A stretch of DNA of 61,449 bases, filler included, from Hausera hauseri (GCA_046269625.1; 10 parts of 10 records of this genome joined end to end with filler, not necessarily neighbours in it), one strand, 5' to 3'; shown: positions 1 through 13,742, counted from the whole stretch's first letter. The notes: generated by a model not told the origin, from the sequence alone. Program-made: numbers and translations.

Positions 1-699
1 GAGCTTAAAATAGTGCACACTATATTTAGTGTTTAATTCGTTGGGGGCAAATTGAGCATGAGCTAAATGAAAACCATAACAATAAGCAAGTTGTAATATT
101 GTTTTTCATTAATTTTAACGTAATTGATATTTGTCCGAAATACGTAATTGAGAATAGTTTACTTATTGTATCGATTTTTCACTAATCATATTCAAATTTT
201 CAATAATGTAGTAACACTGAATTTACTGTAAATAAGGCAGCAATTACTCATTTAACCATTATAGTAAATATATTATACAACCATAAAAATAATAATTAAA
301 ATGTGCGCTTATTATATAAATCGGAAATATAGTATTTCATGTCGTAAAATCTGTCGCATAACAACATAAAATCTGTTAATAACAAATAACAAAAAAGATA
401 ACAATGAATCTTTCCATTTTCACACGAAACGAATTTAACATGATTTTAGAATTTTAAAAAAAGCACACAAAAATTAGACTTCTTGTCGTGCCTAAATCGA
501 CAAACCATTCAACGACGATGTCCGAAATATTTCTTCATCTGTTGGTGGATTTTCTGGGTCACCGTACCGTATCAACTAGTTTTATGGTGATTCTATATGA
601 TTACTACCTGAACGAGTATATTTGATTTGACATCATCATCAACGTAATGCTACAATGAACAATAGTTTATGACAAATGTGAGTTGAATTTACTTCATTG

Positions 700-1650
700 A
701 ACGATTCGAACGCAAGCAACTAATCTACGGTATATTTGGGTAATATGCCGACAATTTAATAAATGCTTGTCATGTATCAACTATATAGGAAAATTACTTT
801 GATGACTTGTCTAAATCATAAACAATTTTTTCATAGGGGTAAATTTTACACCAATAAATTTCAATGGGGTTTGCTGGAATAGTTTCATTTTCAAATACTC
901 GTAATTATTTACTTTTAACTTCGTTAATTTAATTCAATAATATCGAATCAGATTTGCATATTACCCTTCAACTGAAATTATTTACCTCGACACTTTTGTT
1001 CCCATTAATTAAATATACAGGTATCGTTCTTAAAGCAACTCTATCTTGGAGGAGATCAGACAGTTTAGTCTCCATCTTTGTCATGTGTTCGTCTTTCTGG
1101 AATATCAACGTCATTTACTTGACAAAAATTATCTCTATGCTCTGATTTCACTGCATTTGCACTTAACAAATCACCTTCCTTTTCATCGTGCCTTATACAT
1201 AATTTTGACGTCCGGATATTATTAAATTTTTTATCAGAAACATTCAAACAATCAACCTTCTGTTTTATGGAGTCAGCAGGAGGTTCGTGTCTAAATTGAC
1301 AATTTGTATCATATCTGCAATTTCCATGTTGAAAGCACACACACACACAGGCCCTTTGGTCAATATAGTTACGATCGTTTCGATTTTCCTTTTCATGTTC
1401 ATATGAACATGATTCACCTAGGCGATATTTTCCTACTTGGAAATACTTTTAAGGTCTCGGTTGACTTCGTGATTCTTTCTGCCATCTATTTTATAATCAT
1501 CTGATTTATTTCCATTTCTTTGTTCGTTTTTCACATTGCTCGTATTATTTGTTTGTTTGAATTTATCGTCCGTTAATTCCATGTACTCGTTCTGTAGCAA
1601 CTCATTTTAGTTCAGCGCGTCCTTTTCTATCCATATCCTTAAATTTTGTA
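700..1650 (-). mobile_element. Degraded retroelement-like fragments: CCCH zinc-finger segment(s) and a possible BEL/Pao protease-proximal segment
   Basis: Minus strand gives CVCFQHGNCRYDTNCQFRH (C-x8-C-x5-C-x3-H), a second degenerate finger KYFQVGKYRLGESCSYEH, and VALRTIPVYLINGNKSVEVN near 1040; many stops. Confidence 0.35.
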
Positions 1651-2060
1651 CATTCCGTTTTGTAACGCTCCCAGGTATTAGGAAGAATTTGTTCAATTTA
1701 ATCATTTGAATGGACTGGTCTGATTCGCCAAATTCGACTTTTTACTCAATATCAATTAGTTCAATTAAACAAAGGAAAATTATTGGACCCTGAGGAGATA
1801 AATGGGAAATTGTTGTCATAGCGATATCTATGAGTCATTTTCTATACAAATGATCGAACATTACGTAATGCATAAAATGCAGAATTCGAACTAGAAAATA
1901 TTGATTAAAATTCATATTTACACACACACACACATGCACACACGCACAAAATATGAACTGTACTCAACTGAAAATCGACATTTTACTCAATCAGTGTGTA
2001 TTCGACAAATTTTTCATGAATTTTCCCCCAAATCATTTTCGTCAGTATTCGACAGAATTA

Positions 2061-5000
2061 ATGAACTTATTCAGCGGATTATTCGTCAGAAACGATCCCA
2101 AATTCAAACAAGAATCTATCGTAACATTAGCAAGGAATACTCTGGATATTGCACTGCCTGGATTTCATGCATGGCCTGATCGTTCTCTGTTCATATTTTC
2201 TGAGGATAATATGTTGAGGAAGACAACAAAATACGTTGTTAATATGACATATCCTTTTATCGAATATACATATGAGTATTGTTTATTGACTGGCAATTTT
2301 CCTCAACTTGATGATTACACTGCATTTGAGGTGATGATTCAATTGACAGTTCTCGCCAACTGTATCGTACTCGCTATGGAACATCATTTACCAAAAAATG
2401 ACAAAACCCTACTCAATATGCAATTAGTAAGTACAAAATTATCCATTGCATTTAATTAATTTTGCCATTTTCCCGATTTCGCCCAACTTTTTTGTAAAAT
2501 TGTTGTAACATTCTTCTCTTGAATGATGATAACTCTGTAGGCTATTCCAGAATGTATCGCTGTCCCGCTGTAGGTGCTCGAATTGGTCCCATTATATTGG
2601 TTCCACGATAGAATTTGTCTAGGATATTCGGCAATCAACGATCTATACACTTCCTTGTTTGATATTTATTCAGGAGGCTGAAAAGGTATCTATGATCAGC
2701 ATCTCATTTTCAATTACCGAATAGTTCTCTGCGACTCATATTAATACTCTTCTCGTATAAACAATAAATCTGTCTGTAGTTTATGGCCGTTCTAATTTCA
2801 TTTTCAACGTCCAATGATTGCGATGTGTGACTGTTAGCGTGGGCATTACTAGAATTTGATGTTGAAACGTCAATATTCGGCGGAAGCTTATCTACCGCAC
2901 TTTTGACTTTGGCATCAGTGTTACGCTGAGATAAGACCAATGAAGCAATTGGATTTACATCACCTCTAATAACGGCTTCAACAATTGAATTAAGCAACGT
3001 AGAATCATTTGAATCGGTAGACAATTTTTTATCGTATTCTAGTTGAGAAATAACCTTAATATCCGAAATTCCCCTTTTCTTCAATGCACTGATTTAGACG
3101 CTTTTCGACATTTTCGCAATCAAGAACTTCTTGTCGAAATTGATTGGTAGCTGTGGAATTTCTGTGATCAGGTAGACTTCCAAACGTATAATAAATTCAA
3201 GCGATGATTAAATGATTCACTGGAAAGAAAATTCCATTTACAAAAACGAATTAAAACTAATGTGACAAACGGGCCAAAAATTCAAAGTATAAACAAGACT
3301 TTGAAATTTCACTATTTATTGAATATTGAAACAAGCGTTTTTTCCGTATATAAAGTACACAAATATACACATGTATGTATATATAATTGCCTTTTTTTCC
3401 GTGGGCCAATGTGGGCACCACACTGTCCTCGACTTAATATTGCTACCAGAGATTCTGTTCTTCACCCCATTTAAAAGTCATTCCTTGTTTATCAAAATCA
3501 TCGAAATAGACTCCCACAATTTTGAAACAGTTTATTCATTATTCTTTTTGGAAATCAGTAGATATACCCGAAAGGTAGCCAGTATGATGGAAAATTTTGT
3601 TTCGATTACATTTTTCCAATTCGGGCAGTTCGTGCCGATCTCATGGATTCGGTGGTGGTCCGGCAATACCATATAATTACCTGCATCTGTATTTGTTATG
3701 GAAAAATGATACTAATATGGACGATTTAACATCGAATATTCCACAATTCGGCATTGCTGGAATTAGCTGGTCATTTTGAAATTCGATTCGTAATCATGCG
3801 GATTCTGGATTTTTAAATTTCGACTCCGACTTTTGGTATTGGGTTTACAAATAACCTGACACCTTTGTTATAATGAAATTTCTGGAATACATGGTGACGT
3901 GGACCTAATTTTATATTTGCGAAATACAATGTTACGATGTAGTCGAATTTCGCAGTGTTATTCGTTTTTGCTGTTGAAGAACACTAACATGAAGGGCATT
4001 ATTCTCCATGTTCACGAAGCGTATGGTGAGGAAGGCCCATCAAAGGCGACCATTTATAACTGGATTTGCCAGTTTTCCTCTGTGTTTGACAGCGAAAGGA
4101 AATTGTGGCCCAAGAAAGGAAGATTACCCAAATGGAGCAGCTTCTGCTGGAGAAATTGGGAATCAGGAAGCTGTGCAGTCGATTCGTGTCACTCTTCTTT
4201 CAAACAGCATGTGAAAACAATCTTCGCCTGTTAGAGGAGATAGGACTAAGTTTATTGGCAAATATCGTGACTGAAGATGAGACTCCATTATGTCTCTATA
4301 TTACGTACTCCAAGCGAGAATCAAAGGAGTGGTTTTGCCCGACGAGAAGCCACATCTCACCCAAAATGTGTCATGTTGAGCACTTTTTGGGACTCCAAAG
4401 GAATCGTGAAGGCCGATTTCACGAAAGGAATCATTAATTCTCAACCAGGACCTCTATTTGCTGCACGAAAACGCTCCTGGGCACACATCGCATCGATTTG
4501 CATGCAGCAATTTTTGGATGTTTAACCACCTCAAGAAGCATTTGCGAGGCCAGAGATTCGATTCGAAGGACGATCTGAAAGAAAATGTGGAAAAATTTCT
4601 CTCGGAAAAGGGTTCAGATTTCTTCAAAATGGTGTTCAAACTCTTGGTCCACGTAACGTTTATATTTCTATACGAGTCTAAGGACTTTTAGCCTCACCAC
4701 GTAAGTGCAGATCGATTTTCGGGTTCTGTTCGGTGGTCGACTTTTTTGAGGTCCATGTTGGAATTTGGTTTTGGTTGATGTTTGTTATCGGTATTTCGGG
4801 GTTAGTGTTAATTAGCGAATGCTAACATGTATCCAGTTTTCAAATATTGCGCTGGTCCTCCTTCGAATTTGTCATTTTGATAAATTTTATTCATCATGTA
4901 TTGTTTGCACAGTTCAATAGTTTGAGAATTTCATTCCCTCGTACTTTGAGTTATTTATTATCGGTTTCCATTAGCATTTACACACTTGTTTGCCGATATT

Positions 5001-8000
5001 CAGGGTACGGTACTGCCATCTGAGTGCTTTGTAAACCTTGATATGTAATTCTCGTTTGTTTCTTGTACCAAACGGATACATTCACAATCCGTTTCAAAGT
5101 CATTTATTCAAACAAAATAAAAAATATTTTTAATATTTAATTTCATGTAGGACGATGCAGAAATATTTTTCCTCATCCTGTTTACTACAGAAGCTGTGTT
5201 GAAGATAATTGCATTGGGATTCATAATTGGACCTGGTTCGTATTTGAGGAATCCGTGGAACTTCATCGATTTCATTGTGATAGTGATTGGGTGAATTTTT
5301 GATGAAATTTGATTGAAAATGGTCTTTATTAGAAATATTGGTTCAATGATTCCGAATTTTGATCAACGGGTTATTGGAGCATTGCGGGCATTACGGCCAT
5401 TGAAGTTGATCTATAATTACAACAGTAATGATTTATTCGACACGGATGACTAATTCTTGTTAATTGTGAGGTTTGAAAATTGTCATACAGTCCTTGTTGA
5501 ATGTCCTTCGACCTCTGATGCAGATCGCCATTTTGATCATATTCGTTATACTTATTTTTTCTGTTATTGGTCTTGAGTTTTTTATTGGACGATTTCATTT
5601 TGCATGCTTCGGTTAAATTTGTTTGCAATTGATAAAAATGGGTTTAATGTTCCAGTAGCTGATGATGGCCGATCAATTCCGGATAAAGAGCAGCCGTGTT
5701 CACCATACGATACTGATTCTACAAAGCAAAGTTGTCCAAATGGAACAAAATGCCGGACATATTGGGATGGACCGAATTATGGGGTCACGAATTTTGATAA
5801 CATTCTCTTCTCCATGTTGACTGTGTTCCAGTGCCTGACGATGGAGGGATGGGTTGACATTTTGTATATGGTATTTACACATTATGCTCACATAAATGAT
5901 TAATGGTAAAATTAGACAAATCGTGCAACAGGCAGCCTGTGGAGTTATGCGTATTACGTGTCGCTTGTGCTCATAGGGTCGTATTTTGTGCTAAACCTGA
6001 TTTTAGGTGTACTTAGTGGGTAATATTTATTGACCGTATGGACATGTGTTTGATGAATACAGAGAATTTGCAAAGCAACGAGAGAAGATCGAGAAAAGAG
6101 AAAACTACCAAAAAAAGAGAAAGGAAAAAATGGTTCAAAGCCAGGTCGAGGGTTATCTGGACTGGATAGAAACTGCCGGTTAGAATTTTTTCTGTTATTG
6201 AAAAGATTATTTGCTTGTTTAGAGGAAATTCTGTTGGATGAAGAAACTACGACTGCTGAAAAAAGAAAAAAAATTTGGAAAGGTTAGAGACATGCAGATG
6301 GGATGTAATATTGGCGTGTTTTTGTAGCACGACAGAGGGCAGAGAAAATTCGGAAGCAGACAGGAGTGTCCACAGGGTTGGAATATGTGAATCAAATGGA
6401 ATTTGACAAAGGTTAATTGAGTGCATTTTGTGGTAAATGGATGGGGAACTCCACTTATTATTTTTAGAATTTGTGAAGGCTGTAAAGAAGCACCATCGTA
6501 GATGGTTACCAGAGAGTTGTGAGCACTGCTGTACGACAATGGCCTACGCAAGGTTCATGAACAAATATTTATTTAAATATAAATTGATACTCAGATTGAG
6601 AACCAAGGCGCTGGTGAAGAGTAAAGGATTCTTCTGGTGTGTCATCATGGTCGTCACATTGAACACGATTATCATTTCCATGGAACATTACAACCAACCT
6701 CAGTTTCTGACAGATTTTCTCGGTAATTAATTCATTATCCCCCCGCCCACCATGATATTGATTATTTTTCTTCTACAGCTGCATCAGAATATGTTTTTCT
6801 TGCCATATTTTTATTCGAGGCATTTCTGAAATTATTTGCTCTTGGATTCGTCGAATATTTCAAAAATCCATTCAACATTTTTGATTGTTTAGTTTGTTGA
6901 TTTCATCTTCGCTTCTTTTATTGAATTTTTATAGATCGTTTTTGCCAGCGTCTTTGAGGTGATCTGGCAGATTTACCGGCCAGATTCGTCATTCGGTATA
7001 AGTGCACTCAGAACAGTACGAATTTTGCGAATATTCAAGGTCACAAAGTGGGTTTTGATCTTTCTCCAATAATTTCATAATATCGTACAGATATTGGCAT
7101 TCCATGAAAGTTCTTGTGAAGTCCCTGATAAGTTCATTGTACAGTATTTTGAGCTTGCTTATTATATTGTTCATGTTCTTATTTATTTTTGCTATCCTTG
7201 GAATGCAGCTGTTTGGAGGCAGGTAAGACAGATTGAATGACAGTTGATTATCAATGCCAATTAAAACTGACCAATGAACGAGAAATGAAAAATTAAAACA
7301 AATTATACAGGAGTATATTTATAGCATATTAAACTAATCACTTTTTTGAATTTTTTTCACATTTTTAAGACTGTGGGACATCAGCAACATTTGTTTCCGT
7401 CCGAATGCAATTTCATATGGAGCGTATTCCATTGTCTTTTGTTATGTGTTTCTTATCCCGTATTCTACCTAAGTCCAATCCGTAATTTTCCGTTCCTCCA
7501 TAACTGCAGCAATCTGCTGTTTCATTGTTCTCAATAGTCTCTCCACTAACCTACCATCCTGATGAGTCATTTCTTCCGCAGTCACTTTGCATCTGGGCAG
7601 GTGTGACTAGTTTTGAAATCCTTGCTGGAATTGATCCTACAGGCATACTTATGATACCTGAATGGTCCCGTAATATCAACTCGTACTATTTCAAATTGTC
7701 CAGTTGCGTAAAACTTTTAGCGAGTCTTTGAATCTCCCATAAATTTTGGACTATTACACAACGATTTGTTACTTTTCCAATAATTTTTTTGCAGTTACAA
7801 TTTTGATGATCGACAGCCCGACCAAACTTTTGATGGATTTTTTCGTGCAATGTTGTCAGTATTTGAGGTACATTGTCCATGAAATTCATTCAATCTAAGT
7901 GTTACATAATCAGATAATGACCGGAGAGAACTGGAATGATGCCATGTACAACGGTATCAGATCACAGAAGGAGAACATGAGCACTGTCAGCATGCTGTAT

Positions 8001-8739
8001 TCCATTTATTTCATTATGATCATACTCATAGGAAATTGTGAGTATGGATTAGTACATTATGTACATGACATATTGACCATAATTACAGATACTTTATTGA
8101 ATGTGTTCGTCGCCATTGCCGTGGATAACATCGGCAATGCACTGCACGATGTTGAACAGGCTAAACGAGATGGGGTAAATCAGACATCACATCAAAATGA
8201 CAAATTTTTTTGTGTGTAGAACAAAAATGAATCTGACGATGAATTCGACAAATTACTGGGGGGTAAAATCGACGTACCGAAATTGCAGTTAATTCCGGAA
8301 GATGAAATGAACAAGTGAGTTTTACATTGAATTCAAATTGATACATGAGTGTCATTTAGAGATCCGGCATACAGATTCAGAAGTATTGAAGAAGAAATTC
8401 ATGCAATATGTGGTATAAATGAGTTCCGTTCATGACTTGAATAACATCCTCACAGGGGCATATCGTACAGGGCAATTCACCAATCAAACATCTCTCGGTA
8501 TTCCAATTAATCCATACAGTTCTTTGTATATGTTCAGTCCACGGAATAGAATTCGTCGAGTTATTCATTTTTTGGTGAATTTGGAACATTTTGAAACATT
8601 TATACTGTTGGTTATCATGGCCAGTTCGTTGTCGTTGGCTGCTGAGGATGTAGTTAATGACGACGCCATGATAAATCGATGTTTCATTTATTACGATTAC
8701 ATTTTTACTGTTGTATTTGCCACAGAAAGTTTTCTCAAG
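2061..8739 (+). CDS. Voltage-gated calcium channel alpha-1 subunit, Cav2 (cacophony/UNC-2-like), multi-exon, partial (N-terminus to domain III S2; contig ends)
   Basis: Approximate exons 2061-2248, 2321-2426, 5151-5290, 5333-5424, 5471-5610, 5657-5870, 5916-6019, 6063-6178, 6223-6282, 6328-6411, 6469-6552, 6595-6722, 6779-6891, 6935-7028, 7091-7222, 7795-7867, 7914-8037, 8089 onward to 8739. Motifs: [40 protein letters not shown] (DI pore), [11 protein letters not shown] (AID), [24 protein letters not shown] (DII pore), [25 protein letters not shown]. Most introns are 30-65 nt GT-AG. Start codon uncertain. Confidence 0.93.
2249..2320 (+). other. U12-type (minor spliceosome) AT-AC intron
   Basis: 5' ATATCCTTTT, branch site TTCCTCAAC (~2299-2307), 3' end TACAC; removal yields [23 protein letters not shown], collinear with Cav2 [23 protein letters not shown]. 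Confidence 0.88.
3888..4703 (+). mobile_element. Decayed mariner (DD34D) DNA transposon inside Cav intron 2
   Basis: HTH segment [15 protein letters not shown]; NIVTEDET (first D); [14 protein letters not shown]; LHENAPGH; [20 protein letters not shown]. Ends TACATGGTGA...TCACCACGTA with TA dinucleotides; frameshifts and internal deletions. Confidence 0.85.
7390..7720 (-). mobile_element. Ty3/gypsy integrase remnant in a Cav intron
   Basis: Minus strand [12 protein letters not shown] ... [11 protein letters not shown] ... [11 protein letters not shown] with stops. Confidence 0.6.
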
Positions 8740-8946
8740 GTTACCACATTTTTGTTCGTTTGTTTGTTTATTGCAAAAATATCATTCAAGAAGAAAATGG
8801 AATCATTAAAATTCGTATAGAACTATAGTATATGTATATTTTCATATTTTTTCTGATTATTACAAATGACAAACAAAGGAACTATCAATGTTGTCATAAT
8901 TAACATTTCAGTCATGTATTTGTCGTGTATGTGTGCATATCATATT

Positions 8947-9046
8947 NNNNNNNNNNNNNNNNNNNNNNNNNNNNNNNNNNNNNNNNNNNNTTAATTAATT
9001 AANNNNNNNNNNNNNNNNNNNNNNNNNNNNNNNNNNNNNNNNNNNN
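8947..9046. other. Artificial contig spacer N44-TTAATTAATTAA-N44 (first of nine; others at 16464-16563, 20994-21093, 25857-25956, 32466-32565, 42909-43008, 48016-48115, 52064-52163, 56524-56623)
   Basis: Identical 100-bp structure each time, containing an all-six-frame stop linker; flanking sequences are unrelated across it. Confidence 0.98.
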
Positions 9047-12000
9047 GTTCTTGGCGTGAGGAAGGATGTTTCATCGACATGATGTTTAGCAAGGGCTTGT
9101 GATCGGTCTGTATGGTAAAACGGTGAGCAACAAGTAGGTGGGAGAAATGCTTTAAAGCGAGCAAGATGGCCAATAATTCTCGATCGAACGTTGAATATCT
9201 AGTTCTAGGGGATGTTAGCTTACGAGAAAAAAATTTTAGCGGTTGATTGTTTCCTTTGTGTATTTGGTGAAGCACAGCACCTACTGCGGTGGTTGAAGCG
9301 TCTGCAATAAGGATGAGTTCCGCATTAGGCCTGGGAAAAGCCAGAATTTCGACGGTTTTAATTCCTTCACGTAGCTTATCGAACTTGTCAACCAGGTCAG
9401 ATGTCTACTGGATTGGCTGATGTTTTTTTCCGCCGCTTAATTGAACAAATGGTGCGGTAAGTTCAGAACAGTACGGCACATACTTGTAAACGAAGCGCAA
9501 AGTTCCCAAAAAGCTCCTCATTTCTGTTGTTGTTCGAGGTAGTTGTATAATTTTGACAGCTTCAACTCGTTCTGGCTGAGGAGAATGACCATTTGCTGAA
9601 ATTATGTATCCGAGAAAGTTAATAGGTGTTTGGAAGAAGTAGCATTTCGCAAAATTAATTTGTAAATTATGGTGGTTAAGTCGTTGGAAGATAGAACGAA
9701 GGTGTTCCTCATGCTCTTTGGTTAAAGAAGAAGCAATCAAGATATCGTTGATATATGGATGCGCGAAAGTGAAATCCGAGAGGATGAAATCCATGTGACG
9801 TTAAAATATCTGCGCAGCGTTGCGTAAACCAAAAGGCATATAAATGTATTCGTACAGGCCGAAAGGTGTCATAACGGCAGTATTTTTGATGTCCTCGGGT
9901 GCTACAGGAATTTGATAATATGTCTTGGCTAAGTCTACGGTTGAATATACGGTAGTGGAATTGAGCCCGTGCAGGATATCCTTAATTAATGGTAAAGGAT
10001 ATGCATCCACAACAGTTAAAGTGTTTAGATGACGGTAATTACCGCATGGTCGGAAGGATCCATCTTTTTTGGACAACGTGTAAAGGCGAAGACCACGGCG
10101 ATTTAGATCTGCGTACAATGCCGGAGCGTTCAAGGTCTAGAAATTCCGCTTCGACAGTTTGCCTACGACGAGGTGACAAAGAACGTACCTTTTGATGAAT
10201 GAGTCTTTGGTGTTGCGTTATGATGTGATAAAAACTGCTGTTTGTAGATGTGAAGGTTCGGTCCTTCTGGATTAAGCGGGGACATGAAGTGTGTATGTAT
10301 TGCCGTAGACTTGCATGCAATTGCGAGAGATTGGGTGATGGTGATGGTGTTGAGTCAATATGCGCAATGACGAGTGATGTTTGCGAGTTATTGAAATCAA
10401 TGGGAAATTGGTGTAGGATAATATTATTAAAAAGTGTATGAAGAGGTACTTTTGTCTAGTGAATGTACTAAACCAAAGCAATCGTAGCTGTCAAAACTAA
10501 ATGTCGACTGAATATCAATATTATCATTAAAAAATTTACGAAATGAAAAATGCTTGTTGAATAAGTTTGGATTACTTACAGGATTTTTGAGTATAGGCTT
10601 CCGCGGAAAGATCGTTTTCGCCTTAGCGGATATAGTATTTATTCGCTCGGTAAGATATCCAGTAGTGTTCCGTTTCAGACATTGTTGTTTGCAATCAACT
10701 AAAAGATTATAGTGCGATAATAAAGCTGAACCCAAGATTGCTGTGCGGATGTTAGCGATGGTAAACGTCCAATAAAACGTGGACTGAAATTCTGGTAAGG
10801 TGAACTACAATTTAAATGTACCTGAAATGTCTAGCGGTTCTCCTGAAGCCTTAAATAACGATTTAGCTTTTAATGGTGAATTTTGTACAAGGAAAGTGAG
10901 TGGTAGCAAAGAAACCGCATCGTCTGTGTCGATAATGAAATCTATGGATTAAGTTGTTGGTGTGGTTATCGAAGCCTTTAGTGTAAATACTGCAAAAAAA
11001 GTGTGTTGGCAGGTAGTATTAGAGAAGTTGCCTTTGCCAGACTCTGCCGTAAATACTGGCGGCGAAATTAGTTTTTTTGTAATTGAGATTTTCAGACTAA
11101 TACTAGGAGAAATAGAACGTCTGTCGGTAGTATGGTTAGCGTTATTCTTATAGTTGCAGGCTGAAAGACATTTCTGTGCGTGGAATCCAAATTTCGCATG
11201 GTAGATGCAAACAATCTTGTCTGAATGTAAATTTGGAGTGCAATATCTGCACCATAAGCAACATTTATTAGCTTTATTGTGAAATTTGCTATGATAAGAG
11301 CACAAAAAAGATCGTGTGGGCGATGGTGACCTGTTTCTGGAAACAGAACAATTATGGTTATAAATAGTAGCACTTCGTCGTGGTAATGGTAAATCGTTCA
11401 ACCTATTATTGATGGTATTTACTGCCTGTTGTAGTGCTAAATTTTCAGCGGGTAATTGGTTCAACTGTTGCTGTGTTGTTGTATGGAGTTGATTATCGTT
11501 TGTTGTGACCGCTGCTGATACAATTAGTTGGGAATTTAATTGTAGCACTTCATGTACTTTATCAGCCAATTCCGCCAATTTATCCAACGTCGTAGTTTCC
11601 TCGACAACGGTAAGGAGTGCTTTAATTTGTATAGGCTACGCGTTTAAGAAATATCGTCGCAGAAGATCTGAATTATGCTGCCTAGTTACACCAAGCGTTT
11701 GTAGGTAAGCCAACGACGTACGTGGGAACTCAGAATGCCTTTGTATTCCAATGGCCTTATTATTAAAAAATCAATGTATTATGGAATCCTTAGACGGTTT
11801 GGTAAGTTTTAAAACTACGTTATAGAGATGTGTGTACGGGTCGGATTGTTTAACAATATCTAAAATGTCTTGAAGAGAAGTTTTTACTGTGTTTGGTAAG
11901 AGGCAAAGTAAACTATGAGCTTTTGCTGAGGGATCAATAATGTTGTTAGACTGCAGCCAAAGTTTGTGAAAGCTGAGCCAGGTTTTGCTGGATTTTTCGT

Positions 12001-12170
12001 GATTGATAAAATACTCCGTGCATTGAGAAGTGTGTTTGGCTGGCGGGATGGAAGATGTATGACTGGTGAAAGTAGATGGTGTGGTTATGGTCGTTGATTT
12101 CTGGTGAAAAGCAAAATGTGATGGTTTAGAAGTAGTTTTGTCAGTGGTGTCAATCGTTGGTTAAGAGTCC
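9047..12170 (-). mobile_element. Ty3/gypsy LTR retrotransposon, decayed gag-pro-RT-RNaseH
   Basis: SKSPWSSPLHVV, DGSFRPCGNYRHLN, YMPFGLRNAAQ, PYINDILIAS, IADASTTAVGAVL, YSTFDRELLAI, TDHKPL; gag-like DKLAELADKV and C-x-Y-H-x2-F motifs; frameshifts and stops. Confidence 0.92.
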
Positions 12171-13742
12171 ATTCCACCATGTAGGCGCAAACGTACATGG
12201 ATAATCAGGTGTGGAGTTGAAGGAGAAAAAAATTTGCGGGTATTGACATTAGCAAGTACATATTGTACATACTTGTGTAAGAACGGTATGTCTATATGGT
12301 ATTTAATGTTATGTGTTAGTATTTGAGAGTTATGCATTAAAAAGGCAAACGAGAGGGGTGTCACAGGCCCTAGTGGGTGGTATGGGAAAGTACAGGGTCG
12401 TCGCGTAGGATCCACTGACATAGGCCATACGGCCGGATAGTTGGTCACGCTGTGATGTACCTGAAGATCCGGGATGACCGGATCCACTCCGGTGGATCCA
12501 GCCAGAGATGTATGTTTTTTTCCATTGTACGGACGTAAAACCATGAGGAAAAGCTATGAACTGGATAGTATCGGTAGAAACTTTGTCAATCTGTGGCATT
12601 GTTGAAATAAAAGGCTTTATGTATGCAGCAAATATCGTTGACAAACTTTTTGGTAAAGGGAGGGACATTCCTTTCGTAGTAGAATTCCGATATGAACATG
12701 ACTGTAAGAGAGCACAAACAAAAGTACACCAGATCCTAGAGAATGATAGTGAATACCAAGAAAAATAACCAAAGGTGACCAGAAACTCAACAACACTGCT
12801 GTGTGTACTGCGAAACCGTACACGTAGCCTTACTCCGTTACGAGCATATGGAACAAGAAACATCGAAGGTGGTAATAAGTATATTCCGGTCAAGTCACTA
12901 CATATATTAGGCAAAATCAAAAACAACGTAACAACGGAAGTATCCATAACTTTCGTTATCAGTTCCATGTGTATTCGGTTATATAAGAAAATCAAAATAC
13001 TCTGTGAGTAATCGATGGTTCGAGGAAGATATTCTGAAAGTATGAAATGTGGCGGGGTTGGCTGAAAAATAAATTAAATTTCGAGATGAGACAGGGATGG
13101 AAAGTACTGCAGAAAATCATCGGGTAAATAAATCGCGATAAATCCCCAAATAATATCATCTAGAGGGGTAATAATTTCAGGAGAACAAACTGGCTACATG
13201 TATTGTTCAAGGTTATTATCAAATTTATAGCAAATTTTAATCCAAAGGTAGGAAAAAAGTGTAAATAACGTCATAGAAAAAGATCTGAAGTTGTGGACGA
13301 GGTTTCAACGAGGGCATAGAATTGAGGTGTGCGAAATGGAGGTATGACAAAACATTTTGTACGTACGGAGACTGAAAATCAGATACAAAAGAATATAGCA
13401 ACGGGAGGAAAGAAAAGATATCCGTAAAAGATACATGAGAAAAACAATCGCCGACAAATCCATATACAACAATCAATCTTACCCCGTCGTGCACTAGTTT
13501 CTCCAACGAGCACCGCGTAGAAATGTCCATGTAGAACGTAGATGGCCATAGTGGTTTCTTCCATTGTGAAATAGCCCGACCAGCTCTTTCTCGTTCAAGT
13601 TTTTATAAAGTATATGCAGACTGTAGATTATCACAAGAAGAAATAATATCGCTCTTCGTTATGTCACTTGTCACAGATACAGTAGACAATGAAACACTGT
13701 TTTTGCTTTAGCACGTGACATGGATGGTTTGACATAGTTGTG

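Noticed and set aside
8991-9002. Palindromic TTAATTAATTAA as a biological site, and ORFs ending in ...XXXLIN
   Set aside because: Synthetic linker.
12161-13564. ORFs of 60-221 aa and a GGATCC-rich hairpin upstream of the gypsy gag
   Set aside because: No recognisable motifs; probably retrotransposon leader/LTR and older TE debris. LTR and PBS boundaries could not be fixed.
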